DNA of 63,614 bases, the filler included, from Aduncisulcus paluster (lineage: Eukaryota), in the NCBI GenBank assembly GCA_024181965.1. It is 11 parts of 11 records of this genome, joined end to end, with 100 filler letters (N's around TTAATTAATTAA, not from the genome) between each part and the next. Parts side by side here need not be neighbours in the genome. Positions count along the whole stretch, not along the records: positions 34,763 to 42,663 come from BQXS01010097.1; positions 42,764 to 50,112 come from BQXS01010099.1; 9 more parts are not named here. One strand, given 5' to 3'. Positions 34,763 through 46,163 of the stretch are shown here, one piece after another. How positions within the stretch are numbered: the stretch's first letter is position 1; each line of letters begins with the position of its first letter. Under the pieces are notes generated by a model. The model worked only from the letters and a program-made list of their open reading frames with translations. It made no database searches and was not told where the DNA came from. The position numbers were made by a program, and so were the translations under genes.

Positions 34763-37727
34763 GTGCAACACATTGCTCCATGATGTATCGAGGGCACACA
34801 GAAGACGACTCAAGGGCAAGAGCAGGATGCAAGGCTGTCGTCGTCTTGCTCACAGCACTCATCTTGCATGTCACCTGACGAATACTCTCATGCATGGTGC
34901 ACTTGCAAAGACCATTGTTCATGTCAGTATCATGGAGATGACCATCGCTCAAAGCATCATCACACCCATCATGCAAAGCTCGGAACAGACTCACGAGCCC
35001 AAGCATCATCATGGCATTGTGAGAGAGTGTGCCATCATCAGACAATGCATTGTGCCACAGTGAACATGGAACGCTTGTCATCAATGTGGAACTCATCGTG
35101 TCCACATCACAACTCACAGAAACATACTCACTCAAAGGAGACAGAACACTCACACGACGGGAAACAGTGTCAGCATGAGTCTTTGTCACACTTGCACATA
35201 GCTCTGGTGGCTGTCCAGACACACGAGCAGAGACACATGACAGCTCACGTTGCAGAGATCGAATGTCACGGGAAAGAATCAATCGTTTCGTCTCAGACGT
35301 TTGTTGATCCATCGACAGTTCCCTTGACAAAGAGTCCATCTGGGCTTTTAGTTCACTCTGTTGCTCAAACTCTTTGTTCTCTTGAATTCGAAGTGTCTTC
35401 TCGGCTTCAAGCTCAGCCTTTGTGTGCGCTAATTCTTTCTTTGTTGCATCAAGCTCATCTCTCAAAGCATTCAGAGTCTGTTTGGTGGAAGAGATGAAAT
35501 CACTCAACAATTCATTGATCTCAACTCGTCGCTCCTCTTTCACTTCTGCAGCTCGTCTGGCTTCACCTTCAACACGAAGTTTCTCAATCTTGAAACGTTT
35601 CTCTTCAGCTTTCAGCTTCTCCATTTCCTTATCGATAACAAATCGAATGGCATGCAAGTGCACTTTTGGTTGTTTATCATCTCCATCTGGAGAGAGGACT
35701 TCAAGATAACATGCTTTAATTGGAACAGAAATCCCAATAATGAACTTTTCCCAGAAGTAATGTTTTGAAGGAATATCAGAGGATATGGAAAATTCTTTGA
35801 TAATTATTCTTTGCTCAACAGTTGGAAAATGCATTTTGAACCTCTTTATACCACTTGGAACATTCTGACTACTTATATAGAAATGACTGATAATATGGGT
35901 TTTTTTAAAAGGAATTCGTAGATTAACATCTCCCAGATCAGGAGTTAATGACAAACTTGTCTTGCCCTGAAAGAACTTCACTAATTTGCTCTGGCTATAC
36001 CCTTCTGTCGATTCAAATTTGGGGATATCAATATCACAAATGAGAGAATCATCATCAATTTTGGGCAATTCGATGCTCTTATTTGACGAGTTAGTTCCTT
36101 CATCAACGATTGATTGCAGTTCACCATCCTTCTGCTGGTCCTGATAATAATCCACACACATTTCTACGATACTTGAGAGCATTCTATTAATACCTTCTCC
36201 AGTTTTTGCACTTGTTTCGAAGTATTGAATTTCGTTATCGTGTGCAAAAGTTTCAACAACGGATTTTTCAACTTTTCGTTCGGCAAAAAGATCTGCCATC
36301 GTCCCAACCAAGACAATGTAAGAATTGATTTTTGTCGATTGAGGAGAAATTACTGATTGGAACTCATCAACAATACTTTGATAGATGGTCTTTGCAGTTT
36401 GAAAAGTTGATTCTTGTGTTGTGTTATATAATATCACGAATATGTGGGTTTCTTTGTTCTCAAGATAATGCTGGAGCAAACTGTGAACTTCCATACCAGA
36501 AATGGCGATGAATTGGAGCTGACAAGTTTGATAAAAAGCTCCAAAATAATCTACTCCCATTGTAGGACAAGTTCTTTCGTGGAATTTATCATAACATATG
36601 CGATTACAGAGACTTGTAACTCCAGAAATGTTGTCACCAGACACTAAAATGTTATAGGTTGGGGAATCTTTCTCAAAATGCCCAGAAGTAATTTTTTTCT
36701 CCCAAGTTCTTTCCAATTCTGCATCCTTAATAAATTTAATGGCGTGAATTTGTACCTTTTCTTGATCCTTTCCCCATGACGAACGAATAGAGATCTCAAC
36801 ATTGAGAACAGGATCTCCAATATCACAAATGAGGAATTTTTGCCAAAAATAATGATTTAAAGGGATACTATTGGGCATATAATAATGTTTAATAACTGTT
36901 TTCTTTGTTGTTTTAAAAGTAATATCGAAATCTCTCATTCCACTGGAATAACTATCGCTACTTACAAAGAAATATTTGAGGAAGTGAGGTTTATCAAAAG
37001 TAATGTGAATATTTGTAGAGAAAGATAATGACCCCTTTCCTTGAAAGAATTGAGACAAATCGTCCTCAAAATCGTCCTCCGAATGAGTGATAGATCTCCG
37101 AGAATCCATTTCACAAACCAGAGAATCATCAACATGGGGTAAAATAAACTTCTTTGAGGAATCTTGGAGATTGTCCATCACCAATGTACCGTTTTCTTCT
37201 GGCAAGCAAGCAAGAGGATGGAGAATTCTTCGACGATAAACATTCACGCCAATATTTCTAAGCAAGTTATCAATTCCCTCTCCTGTTTTGGCACTTGTCT
37301 TAAAATAATGGAGTTGTTTTCCGTGAATATATGTGTCGATTGTTGAATAACTCCTTTTTACAGTATCTATCTTATTTGCGACGACATATATCAAGGAATT
37401 AACTCCAGCTTCCTTTTCAACAATTTTATATATATTGTCAATGTATTTGATAGAAGAGACATCAGAAATATCGAAAATAATCACGATCGCATCAGCATCT
37501 CGGTAATGAATTTGGGAGAGAGAGTACAAATAGATATCTTTTCCTGATGTATCTAAAATCTTTAAATCAAAGTTCCCATGAGTTGTTTTAATTGATTTAT
37601 GAAAGTAATTTATCCCAAGAGTCGGTGGAACAGTTTCGAGAAATTCTTTGTTCACTATTTGATTAATTAAACATGTTTTCCCACTTCCACTACATCCTAT
37701 GAATACTATTTTGTATTTGTGAACCAT
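34763..37727 (-). CDS. Multidomain protein: Rab-like GTPase, beta-sandwich, degenerate Rab-like GTPase, beta-sandwich, coiled coil, C-terminal module (3'-truncated)
   Basis: GTPase 1: GCSGSGKT, DTSG, NKID, TSAK. GTPase 2: GDNISGVT, AISG, TMAD, ETSAK. Two homologous repeats FFQGK.SLS...HYFW(Q/E)KF.I...KV..HAI(K/R)F. Confidence 0.85.
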
Positions 37728-38164
37728 CTTAATCAATATCAATTATAGTTAATTTTAATTGTTACGCAGAAATTAAATTTCCTCGATGCAAACTTTCTCG
37801 ACATGCCAAATGTTTAATCCGAAATTCAGCAAATGTACAAATTCCAATGAATTGATTTTAGTAAAATAAAACTATTCAATCATTTTTCTAATAACATTTC
37901 GCCCCGCTATGAAATGAATCTGAATTTTGCACAAATTAAAAAGAAAGCAACGATTTACACCAAATTAATTAAATCATCACAGATCAAAAACATATTTGAA
38001 GATATAATTTTCTCTATATTCTTCATAGTCTTGCATATTCTTTCAATTTTTTAATAACTCATCAATGCTTAAATAATTATTGGTTATCTATCAATTATTA
38101 GTTGAAAAATAGCTAATAATGTTGATCAAGGGGAATGCTTTGAACGATTTAATTCAATCCTTCG

Positions 38165-38539
38165 ATGAAATTAGTTTTTGTGGAAATGGGAACCACCGTG
38201 GTTCTCAGTGACTGCAACCAGTTAAAAGTAGCTTTTTTTAGCGATTATGATTGTACTATTACCATACACCCAATCGTGGAGCTTCTCCATGAGAAGTTTG
38301 GATATATGGAACTGAAAGAAGATGGTGAGCTCATTGCCAAGGTCCCCGTGTTGTGGCCTACCTTGATGACATTACTGTTACTTGATATTGGAAAAGTCGC
38401 TACATCCGAATTGCCACATCATTTAATCTTTCACATTTTTGAGACACGCCAAAAAGTTAAAAGAACTTTATCCGAAAATCGAAAGCCGGAAGTCAAAACA
38501 AGACAACGAACCCTAAGAAATGTTATTTCGAAGCAATGA
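38165..38539 (+). CDS. Hypothetical 124-aa protein
   Basis: ATG-initiated ORF with coding-like GC content in AT-rich surroundings. No family recognised. Confidence 0.35.
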   Translation: MKLVFVEMGTTVVLSDCNQLKVAFFSDYDCTITIHPIVELLHEKFGYMELKEDGELIAKVPVLWPTLMTLLLLDIGKVATSELPHHLIFHIFETRQKVKRTLSENRKPEVKTRQRTLRNVISKQ

Positions 38540-39129
38540 TATCATTTCAATATCTATAATCATTAGTCCACACTATGATTTTATTTGACTACTTGTTTGT
38601 TAACCTTAGTCCAACAGATATTCAAGTGACCCGGGAATCTCTCTATCCATAAAATCGCATTTTATGTTCTATTTAGGATAATTCTAATACATAATATTGT
38701 ATTTTTGATTGTTCTAATTTAGATCTACAGGCACCTAATTGATTACTTTGCAATTCCAAAATAATTAATTTTACAACGAAAAAAAAAAAATAAAATATTC
38801 AACTGATTTTCTGAAAAATATAATCAAAATAAAAAAGAATATAGATCAATGAGTATTGTATCAAGAAGACCATTATTAATCTCTGAAGAAAAAATGCAGA
38901 GAGAGAAATATAAAATTAATAATTAATAAATTACAAATTGGTTATAGAAGTATAGATAATGTAATATTTCTCCCAGCATCAGCATTTAAACTTTTCACCA
39001 TCTCCTCACTTTCAAATAATGCACATAAAAGCACTAATTTAGAACAATAGAATAGATTGAAAACGATTAGAAATAATTATGAAAGATTGAATATTAATTC
39101 TAAAATATCACAATTCTTTTTTAAAAATA

Positions 39130-42100
39130 TCAATAACGCCAATCTTTGGGCATCTTCTTTTTCTTTGGCACCGGAGTTCTAAGAGTTCTCGATTTCTTAA
39201 CTCTCGGCGAAGAAGTTATCTTCTCGTCCAACATGTATCGTTCACTCTCAACCATGCTATCATCATCCCCATTTGTCAGAATAGATATCTCAGATCTGCT
39301 TGGAGTAGAGTCGCGGTATGCTGAGTGTTTCTGGTGTTTTGATGCCCTTCGTTTACCATTTCTTGATGATGAACTCTTCGTCTTAAGCGTCGAAGTTGAA
39401 GATTTCTTGGCAAATCCCATTGCTTCCTCGTCTTCCTTATCAGTTTTAAAGATATCAAGCATTGCAAATTTTCTAGAATCTTTCATTTCATCCATATATG
39501 AGTAAGTACCTTCTTGAGAATCACGAGAAAGGGAAGGATCACGTCTCTGTGGGAAGTTGTCAATCGATTCAGGGACAATCCCAACCTCACCCCTTCCAGT
39601 TCTGCTACTGGCATTCCGACTGCTTCCAGTTCTGCTACTGGCATTCCGACTCTCTGTGCTTCGCTGCGAACGAGAGCCATGTTTATGCTCAGGTAAGTCA
39701 GTACCACCATTCCTGGCCATATCCAAAGCTCTTTCCACGTCCCTCTCGGCTTCATGTTGTTCTTCCTCATCATCATACTCATATTCATCCTCCAAAACTT
39801 CCTCCTTCTTTGTAGATTGATGAGCAGCTTCCTTGTATTCCTCACCCATATCTATATCCTCTTCAAATATCTCTTCGCCCATCGCTGGATTTGATACACC
39901 TTCATCAGTCCCATGGTCTTCTTCATCAACATAATCTGCACTTCCATCACCTTCGAGGGGGTATTCCACATCTTCTTGGTCATCAAACAGCTCAGCGGCA
40001 TCAAGATCACCTGATCTAGCATCCTCATGTTTGTCATCACTGACAACTTTCGCCCCAGCCGAAGAACCGGTCGAAACACCGGCTCTTTCCTGTTGAAGTG
40101 CCAATAACCTCTGTTCTCTCTCTTTCCGTCCCAATGACATCTTTTCGGGTTTCCAACGATGTCCCTGAGACATTGACATTACTCTGTCATCGTCAATGAA
40201 ACTGGTATCATCGCTCAACTCCTCTCTGCTTCTGAAACGTCCTTGTGTGGATCGAGCGCTTGGAGATCCATATGATCCAGGTTTGCCAGATAGAGGGGAA
40301 GAGATGGCCGAAGCAGCCACTCTTGCGTTCCTCATGGCTTGTGAAGGAGGAGCAATCATAGAACTTGAGGCAAAACCAGTGCGTGCATGAGGTGAAGAGA
40401 TGATACGACCTGAACGTCTGCCACTTGTATGTGATGTGACTGGGCGACGCTGAGGTGAGGCCATAGCGAACTGTCTTGGAGACGCAGGGGGATGTGGAGT
40501 GTGTCCCAGAGGAGGCGATGGGGATGGAGAAAACTCTCGAACAGTCAGTCCAGTCCCACCCAGACCACCGGAAGAGGTAAGCCTACTTGAGGAGGACTTC
40601 CTCCATGTGCGTATGGATGAGCCTGATGGAGAAATGACAGGTAACGCAGGGGTGGTGCGAACATTCTCCAGCTGTTTGGATCCAGAGGAATAAGATGAAT
40701 AAGATTGGGGTAATGTTGACTCATCGAAAGTACTGAATGTCAACATAGTTCGAGAAAGAGAGTCTCCAAGCTTTTGCATAGATGTCCCTTTCTGATCATT
40801 GTTATCAAAGATATGCTTACAGGAATATCTAAAAGATGGCATCATATCAGCAAGGACTTCGGTCAAGACAGCAGATAAGATTCCCGTGTGTGCATTCCCA
40901 CCAAATAAATCATCTTCAAAGAACCCATATATCTTCTGTTTCTTTGTTTTGGCCACCCCAAGATGAAGTAAAACATGCTGAAGGATGGATCTAGTCTGCG
41001 ATATCTCAGTAAAAAGCTTTGTAATTGTTGGAGTGACACGAGCTTCAACTTTACGGACAGCATTGAAAACACTATTGCCTTGGGACAAAGTAATCGTCTG
41101 TTTCCGAAGACATTCCCGCACGAAATCTCGGGCAAACTCAGCAGCCTCGATTTCATCAAGGGGAACAATAATTCTACAATCATTCCTACGTCTTGAAAAC
41201 CTCTTCTCAAGCTCTCTCTCAGCAAATTTAGCCTTTTTATGCTCCACGTGATATTTGTTCTCCATCTTTGTCAATTGTGTGTGCAAGTGAGTGATAGTAT
41301 CTCTGTTTTTTGTTTCAGAAGTCTGAAGACTCGCAATCTCCATTTCATAGAGTTGTTTGCTATCTTCCAATTGATGCTCAGCCTCAGTGATACGATTTCT
41401 CAACAGGCTCACTTCGGAGATATTGGATTTCTGGACCTGTTCAAGCTTACGTTGGGAACGCTTTTCTCGTTCTTCCTCCTCCAATTTTGATTTCTTCTCA
41501 TCTCTCTCATGCTCAGCTTTCAAAGAAGTTATCTCAGCTTCAAGAGACAGTTTTACATCAGACAATCTCGAGACTTCGGCAGAGAGACTGGTAATCTGTT
41601 TATCCTTCTCCTCTAGGGTGGCTGATAGTTGATCTGCACGTATCTGGAGTTTCTTGAGAGTCGTAGAATTAAGTGAATACATTTCAGAATCCTTCTTTGC
41701 CTTGGTGCGTTCGGAAGTCAGAGATTCAATCATGGAGGACATTTTACCTAGCCACCATGTGTGTTGATCTTCAGAATACATCCTGACTCGTTCGAGATGA
41801 GCCCGGATACCATCATGCTTGCGATCTTCTTTCTCAAGCTGTTTATCAAACACAGATAAATTCTCAGTAAGTTTATCGATCTGCATGTGAAGTCCTACCT
41901 CTTTCTTTCTCATAGATTCTTGCAACTGATGCCGAATTTCCTCGACTTCCTCGTTCAATCTGACTTGAAAGGTAGCCTTGGCCTTTTTCTCTTGCTCTTT
42001 GAGCTGTCTGAGTTCCTCAGTGGCATTATTGGTACTCTCAACGAGCTGCCTTCTGCTATCGGCCAGTTGTGACGTTGTGACAGTGGAGTTTACAGACAAC

Positions 42101-42663
42101 TGCACCAGTTGAGACAACATGGATGATTTCTCCTCAGAGCCACGCACGCGATCTGTATTCCATTGAATCGTTAGATCATCAACAAGAGACTCAAGACTTT
42201 CCAGGGACATGGATTTCATGAGACAATGCAGATCGACTGCAAAAGCAGACAAGTCGACATCTTCTTCTTCCTCCTCCTCAATTTGAGGTCCTTGTACTTC
42301 CTTGAACCTATCTTTCAGCCTCTCCTTATCGATAGCTTCTTCGTCAGCATCATACCCTTCATCATCATACTCGTACTCACCTCCTTCCTCCTCTTTACCT
42401 TCTTTGGGAGTCTTTGAAGAAGCATCCTCTTCCTCTTCTTCCTCCTCTTCTTCCTCCTCTTCTTCTCCCTTTCTCCCTTCCTTTCCTTCAACGGTCTCCC
42501 CAGTACTCACAGAACAAGCCCCATTGTCCTTTTCGTCAGGAATAGTTTCTTCCTCTTGCTCTTCGATACTAACACTACAATTATCAGCAGAATTCTTTGC
42601 CCTGAGCTTTTCTTCAATCAGTCTGGTCTCTTCTTTGTCAGCTTCTTCACGACGTTTCCTCCA
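39130..42663 (-). CDS. Large acidic/coiled-coil protein (5'-truncated)
   Basis: ORF of more than 1126 aa, open toward the linker, with long heptad repeats and a Ser-rich disordered C-half. Confidence 0.8.
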   Translation of the reverse strand, partial: WRKRREEADKEETRLIEEKLRAKNSADNCSVSIEEQEEETIPDEKDNGACSVSTGETVEGKEGRKGEEEEEEEEEEEEEDASSKTPKEGKEEEGGEYEYDDEGYDADEEAIDKERLKDRFKEVQGPQIEEEEEEDVDLSAFAVDLHCLMKSMSLESLESLVDDLTIQWNTDRVRGSEEKSSMLSQLVQLSVNSTVTTSQLADSRRQLVESTNNATEELRQLKEQEKKAKATFQVRLNEEVEEIRHQLQESMRKKEVGLHMQIDKLTENLSVFDKQLEKEDRKHDGIRAHLERVRMYSEDQHTWWLGKMSSMIESLTSERTKAKKDSEMYSLNSTTLKKLQIRADQLSATLEEKDKQITSLSAEVSRLSDVKLSLEAEITSLKAEHERDEKKSKLEEEEREKRSQRKLEQVQKSNISEVSLLRNRITEAEHQLEDSKQLYEMEIASLQTSETKNRDTITHLHTQLTKMENKYHVEHKKAKFAERELEKRFSRRRNDCRIIVPLDEIEAAEFARDFVRECLRKQTITLSQGNSVFNAVRKVEARVTPTITKLFTEISQTRSILQHVLLHLGVAKTKKQKIYGFFEDDLFGGNAHTGILSAVLTEVLADMMPSFRYSCKHIFDNNDQKGTSMQKLGDSLSRTMLTFSTFDESTLPQSYSSYSSGSKQLENVRTTPALPVISPSGSSIRTWRKSSSSRLTSSGGLGGTGLTVREFSPSPSPPLGHTPHPPASPRQFAMASPQRRPVTSHTSGRRSGRIISSPHARTGFASSSMIAPPSQAMRNARVAASAISSPLSGKPGSYGSPSARSTQGRFRSREELSDDTSFIDDDRVMSMSQGHRWKPEKMSLGRKEREQRLLALQQERAGVSTGSSAGAKVVSDDKHEDARSGDLDAAELFDDQEDVEYPLEGDGSADYVDEEDHGTDEGVSNPAMGEEIFEEDIDMGEEYKEAAHQSTKKEEVLEDEYEYDDEEEQHEAERDVERALDMARNGGTDLPEHKHGSRSQRSTESRNASSRTGSSRNASSRTGRGEVGIVPESIDNFPQRRDPSLSRDSQEGTYSYMDEMKDSRKFAMLDIFKTDKEDEEAMGFAKKSSTSTLKTKSSSSRNGKRRASKHQKHSAYRDSTPSRSEISILTNGDDDSMVESERYMLDEKITSSPRVKKSRTLRTPVPKKKKMPKDWRY

Positions 42664-42763
42664 NNNNNNNNNNNNNNNNNNNNNNNNNNNNNNNNNNNNN
42701 NNNNNNNTTAATTAATTAANNNNNNNNNNNNNNNNNNNNNNNNNNNNNNNNNNNNNNNNNNNN

Positions 42764-43234
42764 CAAAAAATCGAATGGATCAGAGGTTTTGGGAGCAGGT
42801 TTAGAGGCCTTGAAAGGATCGGAAGCAGTCTTGGCATATCCTTGACTGGACCTTCGCCCTGTGTAGCCCGTGTATGTACCTGCAAATGGATTGGAACCGC
42901 CGAACGGATCTTGGCTTCCAAATGCGGTGGGTTTCTTCGAGCCGACAATAAATGAGTTTGTTTGGAACGATGTATCAGGAGCTGTGCTGAAAGGGTTTGG
43001 CCCACTGGTGGAGGCCCCAGGAGAAGAGAACACGTCCATAATGTCTGCGGACATGTCCATGGGCTTCTTGACAGGCGACTTGGGCTTGGCTGGAGCAAAC
43101 GTCCCAGGACTGGAGGAAAAGCCCATCAGATCTGAAAATGGATCACTGACTTCTTCTTTTTTGACATGGAGAGTGCTCTTTTTTGTAGGAGAATGTTTCG
43201 GAGCTTCGGTTTTAGGACCGCTGGAAGCTTCCAT
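42764..43234 (-). CDS. DPF/NPF-motif protein, putative endocytic adaptor (3'-truncated)
   Basis: Four DPF and two NPF motifs in a disordered 157-aa segment. Confidence 0.55.
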
Positions 43235-43254
43235 CAGAGATTATTCTTCGAGAT

Positions 43255-44613
43255 TCATTTCAAATGAGGAAGGCGGGAATCAACAAAAAATCTTGCTCCC
43301 TGCTCAACAAGTTGAGTCGGAAGATATTGAATTGCTGATATTCCACCATACTTCTGAGGGTGTTCATACCCAATCCCATCACCTGCCTTAGAACCTAAGA
43401 TCCCAACTGGATTACAAAGGTGTGAGGGTACAGGAAGAGCTCCCAAACGATGAACAGCCTCTTCTGCTCTGGCCAATGCACTGTATGCAGCAGTACATTT
43501 TGGGGCAAGGGATAAATAGGAAACTGTATGAGCAAGAACAATACGAACCTCAGGCATTCCAACTGTTTGAGCAGCAGTCATACATCCAGCAGCAAGAGTG
43601 AGTCCAAAAGAATCAGCGAGACCAATATCCTCACTTGCAGATATTATTAAACGCCGACTGATTGTTTTAGGATCTTCACCTCCAATGAGTAGTCTAGCAA
43701 GCCAATACATCGCAGCATCTACATCACTTCCTCTGATACTCTTAATTAATGCACTCAAAAGATCATAGTGAAGAGATGATGATCTGTCATGTTGAGGAGT
43801 AACATCAACAGATACTTCTTGGACGGTTTTAAGAGTGACATGAGGAACAGCACCTTCCCCAATTGAAGACAAAGCAGAATGACGAGCCCAATCAAGAATA
43901 TTCAAAGCAGTTCTAGCATCTCCAGAAGACTTGCGAATTATTTCGGCTGCTGCTTCAGGATCAATGATCAGATTTTCCATCTCTCCAGCTCTTGTTATTA
44001 TTTTTCCCATTCCATCTGACGAAATCCTTTTCATCTTAACGACGAGACACCTTGAAACGAGAGCAGGAACAAGTGAGATAGAAACATGTTCTGTTGTGGC
44101 GCCAATGATAGAAATCGTTCCATTTTCAACATGGGGAAGAAGAGCATCTTGCTGAGTCTTGCTCCAACGATGTATTTCATCAACAAATAACAACAATCGC
44201 TTCTTTTTCCTTCCTAATTTTTGCGCCTCACTTACAGCATCAAGAAGCTCAGACTTTCCAGACGTAGTAGCAGAAATCTTTCTAAGGATATAATTGGGAG
44301 AATTTTGAGCAATAAGCAAAGCCAAAGTTGTTTTCCCACATCCCGGACACCCATAGAGCAGGATTGATGGTATAGTTATTTTTGTTTTCCCATCACGTAA
44401 ATCTCGAAAAATAGAGTGTTTGAAGAGATATTCGTGCCCATAAAACTGAGAAAATGATTTAGGACGCATTTTATCAGACAAAGGACTATAGTCACTCGAG
44501 ATTGAAGCTCTTTTCGTTGATTTTTCTTCACAACCCAGAAGAGAATGGACAGAAATCATAGATTTTTCCTTATGATCATATGATGAAAATCTTCGTTTTG
44601 CATCTTCATTCAT
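43255..44613 (-). CDS. WRNIP1: WRNIP1/MgsA/RarA AAA+ ATPase
   Basis: PLSDKMRP, GCPGCGKTT, LFVDEIHRW.K.QQDALLPHVENG, IGATTE, HYDLLSALIKSIRGSD, SASEDIGLAD, VGMPE. Confidence 0.95.
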   Translation of the reverse strand: MNEDAKRRFSSYDHKEKSMISVHSLLGCEEKSTKRASISSDYSPLSDKMRPKSFSQFYGHEYLFKHSIFRDLRDGKTKITIPSILLYGCPGCGKTTLALLIAQNSPNYILRKISATTSGKSELLDAVSEAQKLGRKKKRLLLFVDEIHRWSKTQQDALLPHVENGTISIIGATTEHVSISLVPALVSRCLVVKMKRISSDGMGKIITRAGEMENLIIDPEAAAEIIRKSSGDARTALNILDWARHSALSSIGEGAVPHVTLKTVQEVSVDVTPQHDRSSSLHYDLLSALIKSIRGSDVDAAMYWLARLLIGGEDPKTISRRLIISASEDIGLADSFGLTLAAGCMTAAQTVGMPEVRIVLAHTVSYLSLAPKCTAAYSALARAEEAVHRLGALPVPSHLCNPVGILGSKAGDGIGYEHPQKYGGISAIQYLPTQLVEQGARFFVDSRLPHLK

Positions 44614-44790
44614 GCCTCACAAATCATTATTTCAAAAAGAACTAATAAAAAAGATCTAAAAATAGAATAAGAAATATTTATTTTAAAACATATTATTATT
44701 TTATATAATATAGAATTATAAAATATTTATTTCATAATTAAATTATATTATATCCAAATATAGATATTTTTTTTTCGATTTCAGTGCTAA

Positions 44791-45972
44791 ATGATTGGAT
44801 TCTTTCTGACCCGATTTTTGAAAATGAATCCAAGTTCTCAACCCAAACCTCCCATTGAAGATGTAAAAAAGGAAAAAACGAAAGGAGAAATTAGTTGTTG
44901 TATCAATTGTGTTGCCTGTTTCTTTGGGGCCTTCAAATCCTGTTGTAGTTCTTTCTTTGTAATTTTTACCAGTTGTTTAGTTCTAGCTTTAGGTTTTGGA
45001 GGAATATATTTTGGTATTTTTGAACTTTTTGAAAAATGGATCTTTCGTATTCCATTTTTATTGCTCGTTGTGTATTCAGTATTTATGACCCTTTGGTATT
45101 ATTATTTTACTGTATTTTCAGATCCTGGAACTGCTTTACTATTAAGTGAGGCGATTTCCGCGGGGCATTTAACAATTTTTAATCAAGGGACATCTCCTCA
45201 TGCTATTCTTCCAGAAGAAAGTGTTAAAGATGAAGATGTTGCAAAAATGAGAGATGTAGAAGAGATAAAAAGCGCTCCTCCAATGTTAGAATCCGAAGAT
45301 TCTCCCGTGTATATCTGGAAAAGTGTAAGGGTTGCAATATGCCCGAAGTGTAATCGTGTTAGAGGCCCTCGTACCCATCACTGTGGTTTCTTAAAGAAAT
45401 GTGTTCATAATTATGACCATTATTGCCCCTGGGTTGCTAATGATGTCGGTTATCGAAACCACGGTTATTTCCTCATGTTTTTACTTTGGGGAACGGTTGG
45501 TCTTCTTATAATATCTGCATCTTCTGTTACAGCCCTCATACAATCGCTTATTGATGGATCAATAGATGATGTGACTGGAATGTTGGGGAGCTTTGTAACG
45601 GTTATCTTTGGTCTGATGATGTTTATTTCTGTCTTTTTCATGTTTATTATTCATATAAAGCTTGTTCGAAACAATGAGACAACCGTTGAATATTACGATA
45701 ACAATCGAAAGAAGAGACTTTGTCGTGAAAAAGGTTTAACGTTTAGAAATATTTTCGATCTTGGAACTTCAAGAAATGTTCAGGAAGTCCTTGGGAAAAC
45801 TCCATGGAAAACTGTTTTTCTTCCCCAAATTATAAAATTATCTTCTGATGGAGTTATCTACCCGACAAATACCCTTCAATCTGAATCATTTTTTGCACAT
45901 CACTCTCCCGAAGAAGATTCAGATCTTGGAATGATAAATCCAAAGATATTGAATGGAACTGAAGCCGTATAA
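44791..45972 (+). CDS. DHHC-family protein S-acyltransferase (DHYC variant)
   Basis: Four TM helices, DPG, CPKC...RTHHC...CVHNYDHYCPWVANDVGYRNH, NETTVE (TTxE), NIFDLG...NVQEVLG. Confidence 0.93.
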   Translation: MIGFFLTRFLKMNPSSQPKPPIEDVKKEKTKGEISCCINCVACFFGAFKSCCSSFFVIFTSCLVLALGFGGIYFGIFELFEKWIFRIPFLLLVVYSVFMTLWYYYFTVFSDPGTALLLSEAISAGHLTIFNQGTSPHAILPEESVKDEDVAKMRDVEEIKSAPPMLESEDSPVYIWKSVRVAICPKCNRVRGPRTHHCGFLKKCVHNYDHYCPWVANDVGYRNHGYFLMFLLWGTVGLLIISASSVTALIQSLIDGSIDDVTGMLGSFVTVIFGLMMFISVFFMFIIHIKLVRNNETTVEYYDNNRKKRLCREKGLTFRNIFDLGTSRNVQEVLGKTPWKTVFLPQIIKLSSDGVIYPTNTLQSESFFAHHSPEEDSDLGMINPKILNGTEAV

Positions 45973-45993
45973 TCGATAAATAATCATTCAATT

Positions 45994-46163
45994 TGTGAGA
46001 GATCTTCCTACTTCCGGAGTCTACTCTCATGCTTTGCCATGTCCTGAGGTCGGGGGCCCTATCGACTGAATTTTAGATCTTTCATGAACAAAAACATCAG
46101 CAAGCCCCATGGCTCTATCCTCAGTGGAAAAATTTGACACCATACGCTGGCTTGTTAATATCA
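45994..46163 (+). ncRNA. Candidate structured ncRNA with H/ACA-like two-hairpin layout
   Basis: GC-richer island in AT-rich intergenic DNA. 12-bp stem 45994-46005/46075-46086, hinge ACAAAA (ANANNA, 46088-46093), 8-bp stem 46099-46106/46149-46156, then AUA at 46158-46160. Confidence 0.35.

Noticed and set aside
46090-46125. RNase MRP RNA on the minus strand (CCATGGGGCTTG resembles CR-V)
   Set aside because: No complementary GAAAGTCCCC CR-I partner found upstream on that strand.
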